A DNA stretch of 64,000 nt from Octopus bimaculoides (Eukaryota): positions 28,402,813 to 28,466,812 of the forward strand of contig NC_068997.1 of the NCBI RefSeq assembly GCF_001194135.2, written 5' to 3'. Both the position numbers and the translations under genes were made by a program. Under the pieces are notes generated by a model. It was not told where the DNA came from. It did not search any database and worked only from the letters and a program-made list of their open reading frames with translations. Positions 11,701-23,800 of the stretch are shown here, piece by piece. The first letter of the stretch is position 1. Every line of letters starts with the position of its first letter.

Positions 11701-14700
11701 GGAGAACCATTCACAGTCAGACAAGCAGTCAGAATGGGAACCTAGGCAACAACATCCTTTGGATTACATCCAACAACAGGTGGAACAACAGATGCAACAG
11801 CTTCAACAGCAGCATGCACAACAGCAAGCACAACAGGCTCAGCAGCAGCAGCAAGCACAAGCACAACAGAAGCAGCAGAAACAACAAATGGTGCAGCCAA
11901 GCCAACAGCCCAAAGCAGTTCAACAAAGTGGGCAAGGGCAAACTCAGGTGCCACCGCCGTCGTCTCAGCAACCGAGCTCCCAGGTACAGCCGAGCAAGCA
12001 ACCACAACAGCAACAACAACAACAGCAGCAGCAACAAGTGGCATCATCTCAGCAGCAACAGCAGCAGCAGAAGACACAGCAGCCGAGTACAGTTGTCCAC
12101 CCTCCATCCCAGTCGCATACTGCACCCACCCAAACCCCTCTCTTACCCCTTCCTCACAGATCTTCAGATGTCTATCATCAAACTGAAGAACTCTTTGATC
12201 ACAGACCTTCCTCTTCACAAGATATTCCAACACAGGAATACTCAGCCAGCCAAAGGGAATTTACTGGAGACAGCCACAAGGCTTTTAGTCAAAGAGATTC
12301 TACAGCTGATCAGACTGACAGAACCTACCGAGGAGACTTCAACGAACTCTGTTCTGAATCGAAAGAACCCATTGACACATCTGATTTCTTTGAAGAGCAG
12401 CATCGTAGCAGAAGTTCATATGAGCGTGAGGTACATCATCGTGATGGGCGTGGCACAAGAGAAGCGGACACTGCACGGGAGTTTGATAACCAACGGGATG
12501 GTTCTCGAGAGAAGAACGATAAAGATCCTTGTTCTCGGTCTCCCACACGTGAACGTGACTGGGACCAGTTCAAGGAGAGAGACCAAAGCAGGGACTTAAG
12601 TGATCGAGAAACTCGTGACCGAACAAAGTCTCCTCATTGTCGTTCTCGTTCACCAACAAGATCACGGTCTCCACCTGCGGAGTCTCCAAGACAAGATAGA
12701 ATTGAAGATCCTGATTCTGGTAGGTTCTTTTTATTGATAAAACTCATATTAAATATTTAATTTGTTTTATTTGATTTTTAAAATTCATCTACGTTTGAAT
12801 ATAAGATGCATTTTTAAAATTGAATATAGGTATGTATTTCAAAAAGAAGCAAGAGTCAGTACCCAGGAGGTCTTCATTTTTGGTTCTATTGGTTGGTGCA
12901 TAATTATTGCAACTTTTTTTCAGCAAAAACATCTTTAAATGACTGTCTGACTGTCTGCCAAGCAAATGGGAACAAGTAATTGAAGTAGATGGTGAATATG
13001 CTCCAGAATAATCATTTAGAGATGTTTTTGTTACATGTTATTATTGTTTTTGTTGAATGAAATTTATTTTAAAAAAAAGCTGCAATAACTATTGCACCAA
13101 CCTAATATTTCAAGTTTCCTCTGTGTGTATATACATCATCATCATAATCATCTTTTAATGTCTGCTTTTCATGCTGGCATTTTGGTGGACAGTTTGACTG
13201 GTAACTGTTAAGCTGGGAAGTGGGGGCTGCACCAGTAGTTGTAAAGTAGTTGGCATTAGGAAGGGCATCTGGCTCTAGAAATTGTTTTCTAAAACAATGA
13301 AACCTAGTGTGGTCCCTGGCCTTGCTGGTTCCTGTCAAGTCATTCAATCCATGCCAGCATGGAAAACAGACATTAAATGATGATGATTTTTTTTTCCTTG
13401 CATTGTGTTGAATTCACTTATGTATTGAGGCCTCGTTGTGATGTTTCTAACAGATTTTTCATTCTTTTGCCTGATATTTCTTACAATAGATTGGTTTATT
13501 TCTCACTCTAGAAACCTTACCTATGAACCAAGATGACCTGTATTGCCTCACACCTGTCCACTCTCCAAATGTGATATTTCTTTCAGATGCTGAGAATCAG
13601 GTAAGACTTCAATAACTCCTCTTAATCTGTTCATGTGTTTTTGTCTCTCCATAATTATTTGTGTGTCATTTAATGAGATGGGTTAGTTAGCTTGGTAGGT
13701 GGCTGGAAGTGGCATCAGTGCATTGTAATCAGCGATGTATAACATCTGATAGTCTGATTGATCACGTAATCATGTGATCTGATAATATATTTGGTGTCAC
13801 AGTAAAGGAATTTAGAGGTGAAAGCCTTAAGAGAGGGAGAGAGAGGGGTGGTGGTGGAGAAGTGTATGAGTCAGTCAGTGAGTGAGTGAAAGAGAACAAT
13901 TTGTCAATAATCAGAAAATTCTGATTTCAATTTGGAATCAAAAGTTTGGTAAGAGCTCAAGTGGAACCATGTTGTGTTGATAAGGATTCTTGTGAAACGT
14001 AATGCTAAACAGATATTTCTTATTTTTTATTTTCTTCGTTTTTTTCTTTCTTTTTTGTTAAACTTATTGAATTACTCTACTTTCCCTTAATTTCAGGATG
14101 CTGATGACGGTTACGAAGACATCAGTTCTGATGATGATGATGATGGACTTATATGTGGTGATGACAGTGATATGCAGGTATGGTATGATCTTGTCATTAT
14201 TTCTCAGCTTTCTCTAGGAAATGTCGAGGTGTCAGGTAAATAATAAAAATATCTTGGAGGGAACCTGTGGAAGAGGTAGTCCTAGGAAGACGGGACGAGG
14301 TGGTGAAGCATGATCTTCAAATATTGGGGCCCCACAGGGGCAATGGCAAGTGACTGAGACCTTTGGTGATATGCTGTGCTTGAAGATTCATGCTGGTGCC
14401 ACATGACTGGCACCTGTTCCAGTAGCACATAAAAGCACCCATGCTGGTGGCACGTGAAAAGCACTCATTACATTCTTGGAATGATTGGCATTAGGAAGGG
14501 CATCCAGCTGTAGAAACCATGCCAAAACAGACACAGAAGTCTGGTGCAGGCTCCGACCTGGCCAGTTCCTGTCAAATCATCCAACCCATGCCAGCATGGA
14601 AGGTGAATGTTAAACAATGATGGTGCAGGTAGCATGTAAAAAAACACCTTTTGAGCGTGGTCATTGCCAGAACTGCCTGACTGGCTAGTATATGATATTT

Positions 14701-17700
14701 TTATATATTATATTTTTTTAATGATATTTAGCAGAAGCACCAGAATGACATGAGGGCCAAAGTTTTGTGTGTTAGCACTTATGGAACTGGTTACAAATCA
14801 TAAGGTTATAAATTTATATGCTGGTGATAATGGTATTTCCCTGCATAGTTCTAGAACAAATTATTAAAAACAATTACAATGCTATGTGGATAATTTGTAT
14901 TTTTCAAATAGTTTGCCTGTTATGCCATTCAGTAAATAAATTCTAATGTAATGCTTATATGCAATGATGTTTAAAAATTAAGAATCATTTTAGCTTCCCC
15001 ACCTTTTCAATTTTGTTTCTTTCTTCTCATAAAAGCATAGCATTTGAAATCATCATCGTCATTCAGTGACTATTTTCCATGCTGGCATGGGTTGGATAGT
15101 TAACAGGAGCTGACAAAACCAAAAGACTGCACCAGGCTTCATTGTCTCTTTTGGTGTGGCTTTTATGGCTGAATGCCCTTCCTAACACCAACCACCTTAT
15201 CAAGAATTATTGATTAAAGGTGTTATACCGCAAATAAATCAAATAAACAGTTGGTGTTATTAAATAAAGTATGCTTTGTTTTTAATTAATTTAATAAGGA
15301 TAGTTTTTTTTTTCTTCTATTTTTTTTTTTTTTTTTGTCATTCTGCTTTATTTTCTCCTTCAATTAATTTATTTTTTAACGTTATTTCATTGGACCGCCA
15401 CACAACATTTACAACTGATTCTAGAATCTCACCTCTGATGTCTTGATACTTTGTGTTCTTCCAGAATGTTGAATTCTTTGATGTCGCTGATGATTCCTGG
15501 AATTTTGCCACATCAAGTTTCAACCCTTTTCAGTGTTATCTTGCTCCGCTTGCTGTAAGTATTGGTCTCATTCCTTTTTTGTGGTACCGTGTGATTATTA
15601 TTTGTTTTAGTGGTTTTTAACTGATGTAATGGTTCCAGTAACTTTGAAGAATATGGCTAAATTCTTCCTTCCCAAGTTATTATGAGAATAATAAATCTGG
15701 ATGCCGTGTTATTTCATTGCATGGCAGAACAGATAACATGACCATTTTCCTGTTCTGTGGTTGTAGGCCCCTTATCTGGGATACCATATTCTGTGACATT
15801 TTCTTCAGCAACAACCTGATGTGTTCAGCTTGCCACTCTAGGCTTTGCTGCTTGTCAGGCTGGGAAGAGTAAACTGTTGAAGTACTGACCTCCCTCTGAC
15901 AGATTTGAGGTCGATCCTCTGGCAGTGGAGACCTCCGGTGTCCTTGACCCTGCGCACTGTTGTTGGGGTGGGCATGACTATCCCCAAGTCTGAACTCTGT
16001 GAGTCAGTGGTTGTTCCAGCGTGTATCCCTTGCTAACTTCTGGGGCAACACTTTTTCCATTTTGGCTGCCAGGACCATGAGACGGATTGACCAGTTCATA
16101 AGGGCAAAGTAAAATAAGAAGTATTTCTTGTATAGAGGCAGAGGCACAGCTGTGTGGTTCAAGGGCTTGCTTTGCAATCCTGTGGTTTCAGGTTCAGTCC
16201 AATTGCATGGCACTTTTGGAGAGAGCCCTGGGCCAACTGTTTTTTTACTTGTTTCAGTCATTGGACTGGTCATGATCTTCCTCATCTCGTGGCTCATTGA
16301 TCATTCACCTTTCAACCCTCCCCAATTTTTAATCACTGCCTGCTTCCCCATCCCTTCATCTCTTCCTGATACAATCTTGCAAACCGCCTGCCCACCTACA
16401 TCAACTCACCTTCAGCCTTGAGGGGTCACCTGGGCACCTCATCACCATTATCTGTCTCTTTGTAGCCCCTACTGACCATCTGTCTCTTCTCTTTCCCACC
16501 CATCTCCTATCAAATGCGTGTAGCCATGCAGATCCTCTACAAGAACCTGTCCTGACCCTCTACCTCTCTTATATTTTGAACCTTTCATCCCCTAGCATGA
16601 AGCTGATCTGCCCCCATTTTTGTAGTCCCGTGAGCTGCATGGCCTCCCTCATTAGTGCTGGTGGCATGAAAAAATAAAGACCTGTACACACTGTTATGTG
16701 TACAGGTCTTAGGAAGGCCATCAAATTGTAGAAACCATGCCAAGGCAGACACTGGAGCACAATGCAGTCCTTGGGCCCATCGGATTTTGTCAAACTGTCC
16801 AACCCATGCCAACATAGACATTAACTGATGATGATGGTGGTGGTACTGAAGTGAAAGACATTGCAATATCGACCACATGCTCATGTTTTCAAATTTAATG
16901 CAGACATTGTGTTAAGAAGTTCTCAGACAAAGCACATAACTTTATCCTGTGTAACTACCAAGCTGACAATAAAATGTCAGTGCTTTGTCATTCTTAAGTT
17001 GTTAATATTAAGGCAGCAAAATGGATGTAAAACAATAAGATAAAAATCTATATTAATAAGTTATTGTTTTTATGTACAGGTTTTAGTGCAGTCTGCTATT
17101 ATAAAAGTTTATGGCTATAGGTGCAAGCGTGGCTGTGTGGAAAGAAGTTTGCTTCCCAATCACAAGGATATAAGTTCCATCCCATTGTGTGGCACCTTGG
17201 GCAAGTGTCTTCTACTATAGAAGTTTCTACTTTCAAAAAACATCAATTTTTGGGTAATTAGATGTATTCAAGCTGTTTTTATCACAGCTAACATCATCTT
17301 TCATTTCATTTTTGTGCCATGGACAGGAGAGGATTTATTTACAAACAAACAATGATTTCAGCTACAAGTGTAAACAAATCCTCCTGGCCATCTCTCTGTT
17401 TTCACATTGACCATTAGACAAGTTGTCAGGAATTAGCATTCCTGAGAGCAATTGTCTGTCATCACTAGTGACATTGTCACTTCATTGTCAATGACCTGAT
17501 TATCAGTCTTGATAGAGATGTTTGTTTGTAATTTACAAGGTGATTTGATGGTGATGATGATAGAGAGAGAGATTAGGTATTCACTGCAATATGATTCATA
17601 TTCATGATTCATATTTACTCTTTTACTTGTTTCAGTCATGTGACTGTGGCCATGCTGGAGCACCGCCTTTAGTCAAGTAAATCAACCCCAAGACTTATTC

Positions 17701-17806
17701 TATAGCCTAGTACTTATTCTATCGGTTCCTTTTGGCAAACTGCTAAGTTACGGGGGCGTAAACACACCAGCATCGGTTGTCAAGCGATGTTGGGGGGGGG
17801 GGACAA

Positions 17807-17840
<34 letters not shown>

Positions 17841-20800
17841 GATGAGCTTCTTTCAGTTTCCGTCTACCAAATCCACTCACAAGGCTTTGGTCAGCCGGAG
17901 GCTACAGTAGAAGACACTTGCCCAAGGTGCCACGCAGTGGAACTGAACCCGGAACAATGTGGTTCGTAAGCAAGCTACTTACCACACAGCCACTCACACC
18001 ACCATCATCATCATCACCATCATCACCATCATCACCAACATCATCAAGGAGTAGGCAGTAACTCTATAAGATGTACCCGGTGTAAGCTATGGACACATAA
18101 GAGGTGCAGCAATATCAAAGGCAGATTAACTACAAAGTTAGTTTTTGTATGTGGCAGATGTTCAGGTGCAATAAACACTGTAAACAAACAGGAAACAACT
18201 TCTATCTCATTCCAGGGAGAAAAACTAGAGGTAGTTGATAGCTTCCGCTATCTGGGTGACCAAGTTAGTAGTGGGGGTGGGTGCACTGAAAGTGTAACTG
18301 CTAGAATAAGAATAGCCTGGGCCAAGTTTAGAGAGCTCTTACCTCTGCTGGCGACAAAGGGACTCTCACTCAGANNNNNNNNNNNNNNNNNNNNNNNNNN
18401 NNNNNNNNNNNNNNNNNNNNNNNNNNNNNNNNNNNNNNNNNNNNNNNNNNNNNNNNNNNNNNNNNNNNNNNNNNNNNNNNNNNNNNNNNNNNNNNNNNNN
18501 NNNNNNNNNNNNNNNNNNNNNNNNNNNNNNNNNNNNNNNNNNNNNNNNNNNNNNNNNNNNNNNNNNNNNNNNNNNNNNNNNNNNNNNNNNNNNNNNNNNN
18601 NNNNNNNNNNNNNNNNNNNNNNNNNNNNNNNNNNNNNNNNNNNNNNNNNNNNNNNNNNNNNNNNNNNNNNNNNNNNNNNNNNNNNNNNNNNNNNNNNNNN
18701 NNNNNNNNNNNNNNNNNNNNNNNNNNNNNNNNNNNNNNNNNNNNNNNNNNNNNNNNNNNNNNNNNNNNNNNNNNNNNNNNNNNNNNNNNNNNNNNNNNNN
18801 NNNNNNNNNNNNNNNNNNNNNNNNNNNNNNNNNNNNNNNNNNNNNNNNNNNNNNNNNNNNNNNNNNNNNNNNNNNNNNNNNNNNNNNNNNNNNNNNNNNN
18901 NNNNNNNNNNNNNNNNNNNNNNNNNNNNNNNNNNNNNNNNNNNNNNNNNNNNNNNNNNNNNNNNNNNNNNNNNNNNNNNNNNNNNNNNNNNNNNNNNNNN
19001 NNNNNNNNNNNNNNNNNNNNNNNNNNNNNNNNNNNNNNNNNNNNNNNNNNNNNNNNNNNNNNNNNNNNNNNNNNNNNNNNNNNNNNNNNNNNNNNNNNNN
19101 NNNNNNNNNNNNNNNNNNNNNNNNNNNNNNNNNNNNNNNNNNNNNNNNNNNNNNNNNNNNNNNNNNNNNNNNNNNNNNNNNNNNNNNNNNNNNNNNNNNN
19201 NNNNNNNNNNNNNNNNNNNNNNNNNNNNNNNNNNNNNNNNNNNNNNNNNNACATAAAAGACACCATTTCGGGCGTGGCCGTTTTCGTGCGGGTGACACGT
19301 AAAAGCACCCACTACACTCTCTGAGTGGTTGGCGTTAGGAAGGGCATCCAGCTGTAGAAACTCTGCCAAATTAGATTGGAGCCTGATGTAGCCATCTGGT
19401 TGCACCAGTCTTCAGTCAAATCGTCCAACCCATGCTAGCATGGAAAGCGGACGTTAAACGATGATGATTATGATGATGATGGGTTGGATGGTTTGGAAGA
19501 GACTGGCATCAATCCCTGCTGACTCCTTTCAGTTTCCATCTACCAAATCTACTCACAAGGCTTTGGTTGGCCCGAAGCTATAGTAGAAGACACATGCCCA
19601 AGGTGCTACACAGTGAGACTGAACCCGGAACCATGTGGTTGGTAAGCAATCTACTTACCACACCCACTCCTGCACCTAAAAGAAGAAAAGTGTTGGGCTC
19701 GTCTGGGATTTGAACCCAGGACCTCTCACACCTTAAGTGAAAATCATACCCCTAGACCAAAGGGCATTGTAGGGTAGATGTGAGAGGCCAGATCTGGTCA
19801 GTTTGAACATAAAGCAGGTAGGATATTTGGGCAGGTATGGCCAGTTTAAATGCTAAACAGTTAATGCAGTCAGTTTAAAAGGATTGGGGTGGGGGAAGAT
19901 GCAATGGGAAGTGGGGTGGGTTTCAATAAAATAAATTGTTTACATTCCAGTCAGGTATTTGAGATGGTTTTGCATCTCCATCAGTGGAATCTTCTGAAGT
20001 CAGAGTAAGCAAGACTCTCCATGCTCACTGAACCTGCTAAAAATAACACTGAAATCTCCCTCAGATTCCATCTTACCATTTATTGGTCAGCGTAGTCCTA
20101 AATTATGAAATGTCTCTGGTCTCATAGGTAGGGGTGGTGATGGTGGTGGTGGTGAGGATCCACCACCACCATCACCACCCAACAACAACAGGAACAACAA
20201 AATCTACAATTTCAAAACTGTTGCATTCTTGAAGAATTAATGTGTCTAGACTGGTCTGTTATGTCTTGTGTAGTTCTTTGCAAGGTTTACTGGAATATTA
20301 GCGAAACATTGTCAGTGTAAAACGAAAGATGATTGTGTTGGTGGATGTGAAATGAAGATGATTGTGGTGAAGAGAAGTAGGAGGAGGATAGCAGCTATCC
20401 TTTCTCCTCTTCCTACTACCACTACCGCTACTACTACAACACCACAACCACCACTATCATCATCATGACCCTCTTCATTGCTGCTGCCACCACTACCATC
20501 TCCACCGCCACCACCACCACCATCATCATCTTTCCTTAGAATCTCTTTAGAATTGTTCTTGTTGAAATGTTGCCAGTGTAAATGAAATAACAGATCCCAG
20601 AATGATGATAATGGCTGCTGTAGTAGCAGCTTATTTGCATATTTATTTATTCACTCATTAATTTACAGTAGACAAATGTTAGGAAACTCTATTTTAATCA
20701 ACAAGCCAAGGGTTTTTTTTCTACCTCTTAATTTTTGTGTGGGTCTAAGGAATATTGATAATATACTTGTGAGCTTTTAGGTCCATTTGTTGATATTTTG

Positions 20801-23800
20801 GTATTCCAGACTTTCTTAATGTTTCTCGTTAGTTCAAGCGGATTGCAAAACATGGAATTTTGTTTTGTAATTGATTTTAAATTTTCATCTATTTTGTCTT
20901 ACGTTTCACAGCATTTCTTGGATCCATCCCTAACTCCATTTGAAGTTGAAAAAGCCCAGTGGCAGCAATCGGAGTCCGGAGCCAACGCTGAGATGTGCCA
21001 AGAAGCGAAGACATTGCTTGAATTTATAGAGACGTTTGCTAATGCTGAACACCAAAGAAAGTAAGTTTTTCAGTTTCATTTAGGAAATAAAAATTAAGTT
21101 TCACAAAATTTTGACAAGGCACCAGATAATAATCTTGGTTTTTTGTTTTGTTCTGCATAATTCCTGTCTGCTACTTCATACAATTCTCTTGATGACTTGG
21201 CTTGCCGACAGTTTTATTGTTTTCATTTTATGTAACTTTATTAAAATATTGAGAGAATGTCAATGTTTGGAGCAGGCATGGCTATGTGGCAAGAAGCTTG
21301 CTTTCCAACCACATGGTTCTGGGTTCAGTCCCACTGTGTGGCACCTTGGGCAAGTGTTTTCTACTATAGCCTTAGCCAACCGTGGATTTGTTAGATGGAA
21401 ATGTTGAAAGCTAGTTTCAACTGATAACCAGTGTACCCAGATTTGACTGTTAAATATGTTCAGTAAACTTAAAATATCAGATTGGTTTTTATTTTTAGAT
21501 GGATAGAAGCTGTTGAAATAATACCCTCCCTTCTGGATAAAGGCCTTAGCTATCTTCTCTATAAAGAAAATCGAGAAGGTAAGTAATTTTCCTTTTATTT
21601 CTGAATTTAAAGATAATATAATAGAGTAATTAAATTTAAAAATCAATAAAGTCTCTAATTATTTCAGTTACCGAAGTAGTTTTAGCAAAGAGTTTGTGCG
21701 ATTCATTGTAAGTTGATTAGCTTCAAGTCTTTTTACATCATAGTTTTCTTACTGATTTGTTTATGCTGCATTCTGTGAAGAATATTGCACAGAAATGGGT
21801 GATCTAGATTTCAGGTCTATTTCTTGAGACTGGGACTTAAAGATAATTGTAATTTCAACCAAAATAAGCAAAATTGGTTTCACTGACATTGTTGATATCC
21901 TCTAATGAGTGAAATTAGATCACATAAATCCAGGTCAACTCTAAATGACTGGATACAATCAATAAATGATGAGATACAAATTGATGATACTTCAGCCAAG
22001 TGACCAGTAGCTTAGCCATTCCACTGAGGATGCTTCAACCAAGTGACCAGTAGTTTAGCCATTCCACTGATGACACTTCAGCCAAGTGGCCAGTAGTTTA
22101 GCCATTCCACTATACTGCAGTTCCTTATTTTCTGGATTAAACATTCAATTTGTCACATTTAATTTACCTGTATATTGCTAATTGCTAAAACCTCATCATT
22201 GCCAGTGTTAACAAGCCATGCCAAAAAATTAATACTTCATTGCCACAATGGGGCGAGCTGGCAGAATCGTTAGCATGCCGGGCAAAATGCTTTGCAGTAT
22301 TTTGTCTGCCACTACATTCTGAGTTCAAATTCTGCCAAGGTCTACTTAGCCTTTCATCCTTTTGGGGACAATTAAATAAGTACCAGTTAAGCACTGGAGT
22401 CGATGTAATCAACTTAATCCCTTTGTCTGTCCTTGTTTGTCCTCTCTATGTTTAGCCCCCTATAATCTGGTAACCAGACTTATCTTCACTTCGTAACCAT
22501 AAAACACAACGGCTTAAGCAATGGAATGGATTAAGCAATAAGTTTGTTTGTTTTTTTTTTTGTTTTTTAGATAAGTTTAGGTTTAGAACTTATTCCATTG
22601 ATTTTTTTTTTTTCGTTTCATTCTTTGTCGTTGTTCATCTTTTGCAGATGTTCTGACAACGTTATTGGATTGGTGTATCGAAGGGTTGGATTTAAAGAAA
22701 GCTATTACCCAACCAGAAACAGCTTTCAAAGTACGGTATCTGAAGATGGGAATCCGTCTTGCTAGCAGTCTCTGTTGCTGTGATTCGTTTGTTGCATCAA
22801 AAGCAGTTGTAAGTTGATTAGCTTCAAGTCTTTTTGCACCATAGCTTTCTTACTGATTTGTTTATGCTGCATCCTGTGAAGAATATTGCACAGAAACGGT
22901 TGATCTATTTCTTGAGATTGGGACTTAAAGATAGTTGTAAATCCAGTCAAAATTAGCAAAATGCATGATAACAGCTAAAATGGTTCTGTTTCTGTTCTTT
23001 TGTAGCTGTCATATCCTTTGGTGCTGTCTGTACAACATGCAACAAGCCTTCTGCAAACATGTCAACTGTTCGCTTTCCTCTTAGCTCCACTTGGGCCAAC
23101 TCCCATCACTCTTTTGCCATCCCAAAATGTACTGTGCCTCATCCTTCTTGGTCTTCCACTCAGTCTCTTCCCTCCTTCTGACATCCACTCCATCACAATG
23201 GCAGCAGATCTCTTCTGCAGTAATGGAAGCTCATGGCCAGTAAACCGTACCCACTGCTTAGTCACCATGTCCAGCAAACTTACTGTGCCTACTACTCTCA
23301 TCACCTCTTTGTTTCTCACTCTATCCCAGTAAGAGATACATTCTCTACTGATCAGTAAATGAATTCACCTGTTACACTCTATATCAACTGCTATAAATCA
23401 TCTGTTTTCCCTGGTGGATTGGACGGTTTGGCTGGAGTTAGAGGCTTCATTTTTGGTATCAAAGATAAAACACACAAAACACGCACGCACGCACGCACAC
23501 ACACACACACAATGATGAATGTTACACTTAATGAACAAAATGTTGCTCTAATTGATTGGATTGAAAAGCGATGTAGGTCACAGCTGTTTCTTGCTGTTAC
23601 CACAATCCTTCTGCTGCTGCTCTTAATGAAGTTGAGTCACCAGCATTTGTTTCAGAGATGACCTACAGAAGTATTGGTGCCAGCTGGTTTGACGGTAGAT
23701 TTGGTCATCAACAAATTTGATTTGGTCATCAACAAATTTGGTAGATTTGGTCATCAACAAATTTGTGGATTTATGTTTGTTATTAGCAGCTCACCAATAT

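Noticed and set aside
11643-12599. Alternative-frame and antisense ORFs over the Q-rich exon (318, 163 and 102 aa)
   Set aside because: These are shadows of CAG/CAA repeats; only the frame that fits the flanking splice phases is supported.
15700-16620. GC-richer intronic stretch that may be old LINE sequence
   Set aside because: No diagnostic motif could be read in any frame.
22060-22111. CTGATGA in the 43-bp tandem repeat as a hammerhead core
   Set aside because: No stem II followed by GAAA, and no NUH site.
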